A program made the position numbers and the translations under genes. From NCBI GenBank assembly GCA_002633005.1, contig NMRA01000033.1:1040968-1104967 (forward strand): DNA of 64,000 nucleotides, written 5' to 3'. How positions within the stretch are numbered: position 1 is the first letter of the stretch; the number at the start of each line of letters is the position of its first letter. Shown here one piece after another: positions 39,105 to 50,130 of this stretch. The notes beneath the pieces are model-generated. The model searched no databases and was not told the DNA's origin. It saw nothing but the letters and a program-made list of their open reading frames with translations. The stretch comes from Phoronis australis. Lineage: Eukaryota > Animalia > Phoronida.

Positions 39105-40315
39105 TGCATACAGCTGCTGGTTCTACGTTTTTGAGGATTCTGTCTGGAAAGTTTCCGGGAATGATTCAATACAGGTACATGTATAAAACATGTACTTTAG
39201 ACGGAGGTAATTTCGGAGACATGGTGAGGGCTACAACTTGTCCAAGTTACAACTATCCCGGCTCTCCTTGGCTTATTTTTGATATTCAACTCAGTTGACT
39301 CAATGGTATTTAAGCAAATGTGTGTGTGCGAGTGTTGCACGTAGACTCCTCACACAAGCCAAAGCCATAGGTGGGTGGGGCAGTATTCTAAGAATTTTTT
39401 TCCTGCATCTCTCCAACCTTCGTACCAACTTCTCGAACCACCGCGTCCAGCACAGTTTGTCCCCTTCTTTTGTCATAATGAACTTCTCCGGTGTCATGGT
39501 GGCGCTTTTCAGAGTATGCAGCTCCGACTTGGATAGTTTGGTGCCATTCGAATTGGAGCACGGGGGACGGCCCTTTTAGAAAGCAGAGAGTGCGATCAGT
39601 GCATGGGACAAATTAAACCTGCACATGGTAACACATTGGATAGTGAGTGGAGAAACGAACGCAGAATCGCTATGCAAAGGTGAAAGCAAATTCGACTGGT
39701 ATACTGACACAGTCTGAAACAGATTACAGTAATAGTTAACGTTTGTACGTTTCCTCGTCTTATATCGATATTTTTGTCTGAGGTGGCAAAGATCAGATTC
39801 TTTTGCTTGTGTTTGCTCTACATCCACATCACTGTGGGTGGACCCACCGCTTATCAGCTCCACTATTGACGCAGAACAGATTTGATGTTCTACAAAAAAT
39901 TTTTGACTCCGTGAGGTAATCAAAGTTAATTTTGTCATCAAATGTTTATTATCGGATGTGACGAAAAATATAATGTAAAATAACTTAAGCTAAGCCCATA
40001 AAGCACTAAAAAGTATTATAGTGTAGATGTGTTTGATGTCTTGCCATAATGCAAAGTTTCTCTCATTTTGGAAAGCAGCATAACGGATTTGATAAACCGG
40101 ACATTTCTTCAGCAAAAACAAGGCATTTTGAATGTTTGGTACCAGATCAGTGTATCTATTCATAAGACTCACATGTAAAACACTCACAATATAGACATTG
40201 ACCTTCGAATATGTTCATGGATTTTGTACTGCACGATGAACTTTTAATTGCCTGACGATGAAAAACCTTTGTTGCGAAATTTGTGATTTTCCTGTAACAC
40301 CGCATGAATGGACCG

Positions 40316-40951
40316 TTTAGATTGCACGTCAGTTTATAGAGAGTTGCAACACCGTAACATTTTAGATTGCACGTAAGTTTGTAAGAGAGTTGCAACACCG
40401 TAACATTTTAGATTGCACGTCAGTTTATAAGAGAGTTGCAACACCGTAACATTTTAGATTGTACGTCACTTTGTAAGAGAGTTGCAACACCGTAAAATTT
40501 TAGATTGTACGTCAGTTTATAAGAGAGTTGCAACACCGTATCATTTTAGATTGTACGTCAGTTTATAAGAGAGTTGGAACACCGTAACATTTAGATTGTA
40601 CGTCAGTTTATAAGAGAGTTGCAACACCGTAATATTTTAGATTGCACGTCACTTTGTAAGAGAGTTGCAACACCGTAAAATTTTAGATTGTACGTCACTT
40701 TATAAGAGAATTGCAACACCGTAACATTTAGATTGTACGTCAGTTTATAAGAGAGTTGCAACACCGTAACATTTTAGATTGTACGTCAGTTTATAAGAGA
40801 GTTGCAACACCGTAACATTTTAGATTTTACGTCAGTTGATAAGTGAGTTGCAACACCGTAACATTTTAGATTGTACGTCAGTTTATAAGAGAGTTGCAAC
40901 ACCGTAACATTTTAGATTGTACATCAGTTTGTACATGTAAGTGAGTTGCAA
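40316..40951. repeat. 46-bp minisatellite, ~14 copies
   Basis: unit TTTAGATTGTACGTCAGTTTATAAGAGAGTTGCAACACCGTAACAT, no spacers; last unit has a 6-bp insertion giving TACATGTA at 40932-40939. Confidence 0.95.
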
Positions 40952-43667
40952 AACTTGATGTACTTTTGCTCAAAAAAGATTTCGACAAGAGAGTTTTAAA
41001 AAAACTTTGCAAGAGATCAGTTGAAAAATTTTCATTCCGGGTCTTTCATATCCAGTTTTAATTTAAATGTAATCCAAGTAATATTATGTAGAATAACAAT
41101 GGTTTTCATGAAAAAACATCAAATGTGGGATTCTGATTTGAATAATTTTTCAGAACATGGCGAGCGCTGTCGCCGTTTTTATGAAACAGAAGTCTGGTTT
41201 GTAAGCGTACTTAAGCCTGTTTTACTGCCTCCCACTTAATTTCTCTCATTTGTATAATTGTCTGAGACGAACCATTATTTAACTGACCATTTTTAATTCA
41301 ATACACGCTGTTCCTATTTGCGTAACCCGGCTATATGAGATTCGAAACTAGTGTGCGCACTTGTAACGTTACCCGAAGCAAAGTCTGTTCTTTATGCGGG
41401 CACGGTGGTGGGCGTGGTAATCACTACTTTATAACCTGGCGTTTATCCCCATGATTATGGCTCAAGTTAATGAACATTAGTGAAGCCCTTTAGCATCAAT
41501 TTCTATTCATCTGTTTTAAGTACACCAGTTTACCCCCACTATTAACTGAGTGAACAATTAACAACCTGGGAGATCTACCCCAAACTAAGCGCTCGTTTTC
41601 AACTGAAGCAGACGCAAAAAGTGTAAAGTAATTTTTTTATCCTCGATTGAAAATGGGATTCTGCTGCTATTTGAAGTCTAACTAAACCCGCCTTCCTTCT
41701 CAGAAACAACCTTCAGCACTAGTTAGGAAATTGGCCCGTCTCACTTTTTCTTTAGTGAAAATAGATGTGATTTCTGAGCTTGAAAGAACTGGATGTTCAT
41801 TTTTGCTGATGATGGGTTGCGTTCCAGCTAGGCGCCTGCAAACTCTCCCGTCGTGGAAAAAACTAGTTTGGTCACGTGCTTCTCTTACAATGTACTATGC
41901 CAACATTTCTCGAAATTTTGAGTGAAGTTTCCGGGAGGTTATGCGTCTACCGAGCCGTGATCTGGGTTTTCGGGTTGCCTTTGCCCCTCCGCGATCGCCG
42001 AGTCATTTTCATTCGTCGGTGTTGTAAGGCTTCATGTAGATACGCTCGGGCGCGCAGACATCAAGTGAGCCGGGACTGTGCCACTAAAACGTTTAGTGTT
42101 GGCGGCCAGTGACTTGAACTGTGCGACCCGTGTGTTCGGGGAGCCCCTGATCCGAGCTAAAGAAAACAAAGTCCGCTGAGGAGGTAAAACGATTCCATGA
42201 CCCTCCCCTATAGACCAACTGACCTAACTAATTAACTCCATCAGTTGTCTTGGGGGAACAGAGGACACCAACACCACGGTACAAATTACATGGCCTCGCC
42301 CCTGAACTCCTCTCACTGAAAACTGTTCCAGCGGTGATCAAACGTCACCTTTTGGCAATCATGTCCCGCAAACGCCGGCATCTAGTGCACTAGTCCTGCT
42401 GGACCACGGTTTCGTCGGGGACTGTCGTTTGCGCGATATGGAACTAGTTTCATTACCTGGATCGAATGGAGTATTTTCGGTACGTATAAATTTTGCGTGC
42501 GAGGCGCAAATTTGGTGATACCGATCCTGTGTCTACTTCGATCAGTTGAAATGAGTCGCGGTCATGGATTCGTTTCCACTACCTGTTCTAAGACCTTGTA
42601 ATAAATGGCCGTAATAACAACAAAGTCTTTTGTCGTACATCAACTGTAGGTTGTTGAATTCTAAACATTTGTGTTGTTGCTAGTCATGGGTTGTAAAGGT
42701 TGGTGAAAATGGTTTTCTTGATAGTTATGTAACAATCGTTGACCCGTTGTAATCTCTCCATAAGCTCTACAAGTGGGTCTCAAAAACAACGCAGCGCGCT
42801 GTTGTGGCAACATGAACATGTAACATGAAAGATTTGAAGGCTAAACCTTTCACATCTGACCCGATATGAATGCGACAATCCCGAAGTTTTCGCGCAAAAA
42901 TACCTTCATAGAAAACTAGCGGATTAAAATTTCATCAATATTCAATTTATTACTTTTCTTTACAGCACCGTGAAGTTATCATTTTATTTGTGAGCAAGTA
43001 AATCAATTGCGACACGGTCGTCAATTCGCTGGCATCAGGCTTGATCATTCGGCGTGGCCTATACTAAAGTTTGCACAAAACAATGGATGGCCGATGACCC
43101 AACCTTTTAATTATTTAAATTCTGTTTGACGCACTAGTGAAGAGCCATTCCATCGCCTGGAAAACACAAACGTTGGTATGAGACTGTTGTATAATCAAAC
43201 TAGTTCTTGAGGAAAGTGTATTATAGCAACAAAACCTGTTTTGTGGACACTGATTCAGCATATTCTACACGGAGCATCTCAGTCAAGCCTGTTCATAGCT
43301 TGAATCGCCAGTCTGAGAAAATGGCTACTAATTCATGTGAAGCTGCCAGATTTAGTTACTAATGGAAAGTCGATGAGCAGAAATTATCTTTTCATGCGGG
43401 GGTGACCATGACGATAGATCGTTACAAGCAACCACTTGTGAACAACAGTCGACGGCCTGGTAGCCTTGGTCACTACTAGGCTCGCTACTATGGGCCCACT
43501 GATTTGCTGGCCGCCACCCGGCTATGGTTACATGGTATTGTCAACAAAGGTTGCTAAGGCACACGACAATAAAACATATATGCCACTGGAGGCGGGGACA
43601 TTTGCATCGACCGAAACGGGGTTTGTGAAGCTGCATTTGGATTTTGATAGCAACTGAATTGGCGAAG

Positions 43668-43733
43668 ATGGGTGACGACGGTGGACCTGATTTGGCGAAC
43701 AGAGATCCCAATGAGTTGAACCAAAATGTTAGG
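43668..43733 (+). CDS. CAV: caveolin gene B, coding exon 1 (MGDDGGPDLANRDPNELNQNVR)
   Basis: AAGATGG start context; DLANRDP motif; phase-0 donor AGG|GTAAGT at 43734. Confidence 0.9.
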
Positions 43734-45000
43734 GTAAGTGAAGGATTTCCATTTTGTTCATTTCATTTCCGTATCGAACTAGAATAAATTAGTTTCAGTC
43801 ATTTTTGTAAGAGAACCGAACATGTTAAAATTAATCAAACCCAATTTTTACTATGCTAGCAAAGCGTGAATTTAAACTGTTCATTGGTGATGTGGTTAAA
43901 TCGACAAAAAAGATGTAAAAAGATAAAGTGGCTATTTTTTACTTAATTGTTGTAACACTTAAAATGAAAATGACCTCACGGGGCACTCTGAACAGGAACG
44001 ACAATACAATGCAGTTCGTTAATTACGTGAAGTGTTGAGATTAAAGATGAATATGAAAGGCCTTGAGACTGTAAATATAAGTTATAGGTTGTTAATAAAT
44101 AATAATGATATTTACAATGAATCACGATACAGGATAACAACGTAAAAGTGAAGACGGAAATGAATAATATTGAATCACACGACATCGGTTGTAATAGATT
44201 TGAATGCATTAATACTGTAGAATAAGATTGCCTATTTACTGTGTAAGAGAGATTCCTGTTGCAGTTCTAAGATTGACTTCTAATCGGTCTCCATGCAATT
44301 CATATTTAATGCGACATTACTTGCAACAGTAGTGGATTGTATATTAAAATGCCTGACAATCCTGGAATGTCCATTTGACGTTCGTAAACTGCACTACTGA
44401 TGAACGAGATGTTCAATGGTAAAACATCCGTGTTCTCCTATTGCTAAATACCCTCAAAAATTTTCTGGGCATAGACATTTAATGGTGCACTAATTACTGA
44501 ATAACGATTATTTGGAGTTGCGAAAAGTGTAACGTTCCATACAGTACATGAGTGACGGGGGTAATACAGTACGACACGGAGGACTCTAAATTCGTCAATT
44601 AATATTTTCAAACAAAAAATAAAAATCAAAGTGTACTTTAGTGGCCATTTGACTTCTCTGAAAGTGTTCAGCTATACGTTACCACATAACGGACATCAAC
44701 AAATGTTGTTACCAACAACTGACCGAGATTGGCGTTTACGTAACCTGAGCGTAATTCCTGCGCGCTATCAACAGCGTTTCTGAATGCAGGCTGTTGCAGG
44801 CAACGCATCAACAGAATTCAAACAAAGAACCTATTCACCAGCGGAAAGTAACGTGAATGGTAATCTGTGAGAGCGTGATTTTCATGAAACGTAACTTGTA
44901 CACTAGGTTTGTGTTTGCGTGGGAACGCGAGGCTTGCAAAACACAACAGGATTTATATACACTTACATTTACAAGAAAGTGTGGCTATTGAATTCAATTC

Positions 45001-46221
45001 GAAACCAATAACTGTTTTTGTTCGCTTTTTATTTTTCCCGACGTAACTACCTGTAGAAAAAAAAATGTAAAGGATCAAAGTTCAAGTCGTTGATAATTTG
45101 AGAACCACACATGATAGACAAACTTCAAACAAACGCGACGTATCACCAGCAACGCATTCAACCCTGTATCCTTCGGCGCCATGACATCATGAATAGCCAA
45201 CTCCAACAGGGCAGTCACAAGTCGAGATCAATAACCGTCTAGCGGCGAGGACATCAAGCCAAAACCACGTACTCTCATCGAAAATACACTTCGCTATCGC
45301 GTGGAATCTCGCAATACCTTGTTTTTGTAGCGAGACATTGGCGTAGCTAAACTCTATTCCGGCCTCTCGTTCAGTAACGCTAGGACCTCGCTAAAAAGCA
45401 AGACTTCGCGAGATTACGTGAGATATTGCCGTGCATTTTAAATGAGAACATGTGACTTTGACTAGGTTTTAGCTAGGTCCTAGCGTAGGTCCTAGCGTCT
45501 ACTGAACGCACGCCTGGTTACACAGCGACATTTGAATCTTACCCCCAATGCCGCCGCGGCAATATCCGTCAAGCAGATAGTATAGCCTCCTTTTGCGCCA
45601 TTGGAGTTTCTCATGTAATTTTTGGTGCCTTCAATTTGTCCACGTTTTTCTCGACTGCATTAACTGTACTAGCTGGACCTTCCAANGAAACCAATAACTG
45701 TTTTTGTTCGCTTTTTATTTTTCCCGACGTAACGACGTGTAAAAAAAATGTAAAGGACTATGATCAAAGTTCAAGTCGTTGATAATTTGAGAACCACACA
45801 TGATAGACAAACTTCAAACAAACGCGACGTATCACCAGCAACGCATTCAACCCTGTATCCTTCGGCGCCATGACATCATGAATAGCCAACTCCAACAGGG
45901 CAGTCACAAGTCGAGATCAATAACCGTCTAGCGGCGAGGACATCAAGCCAAAACCACGTACTCTCATCGAAAATACACTTCGCTATCTCGTGGAATCTCG
46001 CAATACCTTGTTTTTGTAGCTAGACATTAGCGTAACTAAACTCTATTCCGGGTTACACAGCGACATTTGAATCTTACCCACAATGCCGCCGCGGCAACAT
46101 CCGTCAAGCAGATAGTATAGCCTCCTTTTGCGCCATTGGAGTTTCTCATGTAATTTGTTGGTGCCTTTAATTTGTCCACGTTTTTCTCGACTGCATTAAC
46201 TGTTCTAGCTGGACCTTCCAA
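45001..46221. repeat. apparent tandem duplication (45001-45685 vs 45687-46221) split by one N; probably two haplotypes joined by the assembler
   Basis: copies start GAAACCAATAACTG and end GGACCTTCCAA exactly at the N; they differ by a few SNPs/indels and one MITE insertion. Confidence 0.85.
45363..45513 (+). mobile_element. CNG-flanked MITE family, copy D (151 bp, in caveolin B intron; empty site at 46049-46051)
   Basis: filled CTATTC-CGG-[element]-CTG-GTTAC versus empty CTATTC-CGG-GTTAC. Confidence 0.95.
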
Positions 46222-47142
46222 TGCTACATGGAGCGAAGTTTTACTGCTGTGTCGTTGGCTACAGCTCTTAGGAGCATTCAAGGACGCGATATTTCCTGTC
46301 ACAATTCCTAAAATCAGCCCGCCATTTCTCAATAAAACGAGGCCATGACAACGAGTTTTCGTATCTCCAAGAGATGGGAGATTCTATCTGGTACCGTCCT
46401 CTTAGTGAATGAGTTAGGCTGCAGCACCGCCGAAACGGAACGCTGCAATCGGATCCAGCCATTTCTTCTGATTTTTTTTTTGAATTACCTCAAGACCCTC
46501 TGTCATACCTAAAAGAGGTGCACGCAATCAACACGACTACATGGCGTTGTCTTCAGATTAGTTTGTCTGATGTCAGTAACGTGGGGTCTGAAAACCAACA
46601 TAATGACCAAAAGTGAAAGTCAAAATAACTTTTGTTACTGATGTGATGATAAAAGGGGGGCATGTTTGGGCTTTCGATTGTATCACTCGTTCGGTCATTC
46701 AAGCACGCTTTACCCGAAACGTTGTGAAGAGTGTAGATGTTCGGGATGGACAAAGGAAAGCTCGATTATACTTTGGGAAGGACATAACGTTTAGACGATT
46801 TTATGCAAAACAGTCGACAATGGTCTAATGTAATCGCTAGCTTCCTCGTGTCGGCATGTACGCGATAAAGTCCGCGCCAGTGAACACTTTAGCTTTTGAA
46901 AATACACCCTTTGTGCAATAGCGTAACAGAGGGATCTATAACATTTGATATTCGTCCTAGATATTAAGCAAAATGATATCAACCACGCGAAATTTCATTT
47001 AGATATTTTTCCTATCTGCAGTACATTTGAGTTATTCTTGGAATGTGTGACGAACACTGCGTGTTGGTCACTTGCTTTGTTTTTCACACATCTTCTTATT
47101 CCACTCTTAATGAAGAGGCTAAATTTCAGCAGTTATTTTCAG

Positions 47143-47475
47143 GTTATGTTTGAAGACGTGCTTGGTGAGCCAGATGGCGCTCACAGCATTGATTGCTTGT
47201 GGACCAACGCATACAAGTGTTTCAACGGCGGTAAGAAGTTCTGTTATTTGGCGCTCTCCACCATCTGCGGTCTGCCGCTGGCTCTCTGCTGGGGTTGCGA
47301 ATTCGCCTGCATCACCTTTTCCTACATTTGGTACATTACGCCCGCTCTCAAGAGTTGCGACATATGGTTGGGATGTGTTAAGAAGTTCTACGACATCTAC
47401 ATTAACTGTTGCTTGGCTCCGTTTATAGAGACTGTAGCGCTGGTGTTTTCGAAGATCTCAGTCACGCAAAAGTAG
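47143..47475 (+). CDS. CAV: caveolin gene B, coding exon 2 (full protein 132 aa)
   Basis: acceptor TATTTTCAG|; FEDVLGEP signature variant; collinear with gene A exon 2 (74/110 identical aa by hand alignment); ends at TAG. Confidence 0.95.
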   Translation, partial: VMFEDVLGEPDGAHSIDCLWTNAYKCFNGGKKFCYLALSTICGLPLALCWGCEFACITFSYIWYITPALKSCDIWLGCVKKFYDIYINCCLAPFIETVALVFSKISVTQK

Positions 47476-47956
47476 CCGTGATCGGCTGTGTTGCCCTGAC
47501 ACCGGTTGTCAAGGAGCGTAGATCATATCCGCTTTGCCTGTTTATCTTATTAACAATTAATACGCGTGGTCATAGGAACAGTAAGGAATTTTTAGATAAG
47601 TGGACGATCGAATTATTATGCTACAGCGAACAGCCCCGCGGCCTTCCACGATTGTCGATCAATTTTGCAGGCTTTGTTCATTTCAATTTTTACTTTCAAG
47701 ATTATGGAGCAAACCGTCTCATTCTTGTTTCATAAAAGAGAATCGTGTTCTCAGGTGAAAATTATTAAATCAAACTTCGACTACCTGCATACATTGTTAC
47801 TTATTTATGTACGTATTTTGTACTTTAGATACTTGAAGAATTCATAAATGTGTTTGTCTTCTTGAACCATTTTCGTTTGAATTAAGGTATTCGGCCCATA
47901 GGATTAATGGGGGAATCCGTACCTGTCACGTGATGAACAGACAGTGGTGATAGTAA

Positions 47957-47991
47957 TACAGGGTGTCCCAAAATGTATTCCCACACTTCAT
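47957..47991 (+). mobile_element. Tc1/mariner-type terminal inverted repeat fragment
   Basis: TA|CAGGGTGTCCCAAAATGTATTCCCACACTTCA, similar to 30719-30753; partner end not found. Confidence 0.4.
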
Positions 47992-50023
47992 ACGCCAATT
48001 TAACAAACTATGGAGGAAAAAGATCTTATATGGTCAACATGTAAATCTGTTCATTTCGCATGCAAGCGAAGAAGAACGCGTTATTGGTTAACGCTTATCT
48101 GTATTGTATTTGATGATTTGATTGTAACAAGGGCCAGAGGCCTAGTTATTGAATATACACACTCACTCGTCAAGGAACAAAAAATTTCCATCGCATGTTC
48201 CAGCAAACGAGAGTTTAGAGTAATTTTATTGGCTCCAGCCGCGGGTGTATGCTGTACATTGCTTTATCCGGCAAAGTTCTCGTACAAACACCATTTAAAG
48301 CCATGTTGTGCTCTGATCCACCTGAGACAAACGTACCATCCGCAATGTTCAATTTGATGCATCTAGAGTTTTTTAATCTATGGTTACATACCTTTATCTA
48401 AAAACCGACACATGAGCCGTCACAAGCGCGGTAAGCAAACGACTTCAGGCCTGCGTTCAATATGGAAAGCGCTTCGTGACTGATTGCCTCTATTGAACGA
48501 CGGGCTCGAGGAAAAGCGCTTTCATTTTTGGCGAGTGTTCGTCCGGCCGACAAAACCAAGACGGAAAGCAAATCGTTCGTTTGCGACGTCTAACACCTCG
48601 AGGGTAGGGGTCTGTTTCTCGAAGAATCTAGTCATTTTTTTTTCTTTTGTCTTCCGGAAATTTAGCCGTGGCGTGATTTCATGAAAAGGATAAGCTGCCC
48701 ATAATGAGATTGATCTTTAGCTAAAACATACATGTAATAGACTCCTCGTAAACCAGCCACCATTACCCGACGATTAGCACAACGTCATCTCGGCAAATGA
48801 GAACTGGTAGAATTCCCTGGTCACCAAAAGGGAATTGAAATCGGTAAAAAAGGATGGTTGCAAATTCCAACCTAAGTCGTACGAAGCGTAGTCGACAGAA
48901 GACGAAGGTATACGACCTGAAGTGAATAGCCGACGGACTCGGTAATTGTCCGCCGTAGCATCGACACGGCGATCGTTTTGTCGAACGGAGAATCATGAGT
49001 CTCTAACTGTAACGAACCGCGTAGGCTAACCTCATAGAGCAGAAGCACAGGCGATTGGTGCACGCTAGCTACACGAATTCATGACTCATACTCAAACGGG
49101 CCCAGCCTCCATTTTGGCCGGACAATTCTTACCTCCGCTTCTTAACTTCCTGTAGAATTTACATGTAGAGTGCTAACTTGGGTGTGTGCGTTAGCGACAT
49201 CGTCGCATTTGTCCCCAAATCGAGCCGCCGACTCATATCTCAGTTTTGGAGAACGAATATTGATCGTGCCATTCTCAGTATCGGAACACAGCCACGTTTT
49301 CTAGTCTTGAGGCTCAAGGAATCTCTTTGAGTTACATGTAGCAACCTCTGTCTGGGTCTGTGGGTGTTGCACCTCGGTCTAGTACGCAAAAGTAGCCTGA
49401 GACCTATATTAGCTGGTATTCCCTGGGGTACGGGCTATACAACTGAAATGCTGATCACACCCAGTTCATTGTGAAAAACCGGGTTTCTCGTCACAGGAAA
49501 AAACTTGGCACTGACTCCGCGAACGCGTCCAAGAATTGCAAAAACGACACGGACAAATCATCTACACAAGTTAAGGAACGATGCATTTATTTGGGATTAA
49601 ATTTTATTGACACAGGAACAAGATTACCGGCTTAAATTCATAAATAATGGTCAAAAAACTTGAAAGAAATACGCTACAGTAGCGTTTTTTTGACAGCTAG
49701 TTGGGGGCTCACTTTTCCATATGTAGGCCTACTTAGCGGCGAAAATTCATGAGTCTGAAAGATGAGTCTGCGAGGTGCAGTGTTAGACATGATCAGCGGA
49801 AAATTGGCAAGCACCATCCTGGTAAATATTGAAATTGCCCCAAAACAAAACCTGAAATGGCTGCAAAGAGGAATTGTAGCAGTAGTATCCAGACGGCACG
49901 TACAATGTAGTTAGGGTCACCACTGAAAACAGAATCCCACTAACCATGACGATGATTTCATGGGTTTGGGAGATTGCGCGAGGGGCGGATAACTGAAGTG
50001 AGCTCAAAACTAATGAATTAATA

Positions 50024-50061
50024 AATTATTATTATTATTATTATTATCATCATCATCATCA

Positions 50062-50119
<58 letters not shown>

Positions 50120-50130
50120 CATTGTTATTA
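50024..50130. repeat. (ATT)n/(ATC)n microsatellite
   Basis: direct reading. Confidence 0.95.

Noticed and set aside
40316-40951. CRISPR-like appearance of the 46-bp array (also 4272-4483 and 38878-39104)
   Set aside because: Units abut with no unique spacers, there are no cas genes, and the context is a spliceosomal-intron-containing animal genome.
42210-42420. possible 3' end of an RTE-like LINE on the minus strand
   Set aside because: Only a vague resemblance; no reverse-transcriptase motifs or TSD visible.
46945-47142. ORF-track N-terminal extensions of the caveolins (46945, 35159) and TRPV (58187)
   Set aside because: Intronic read-through upstream of splice acceptors; real first exons were found for both caveolins.
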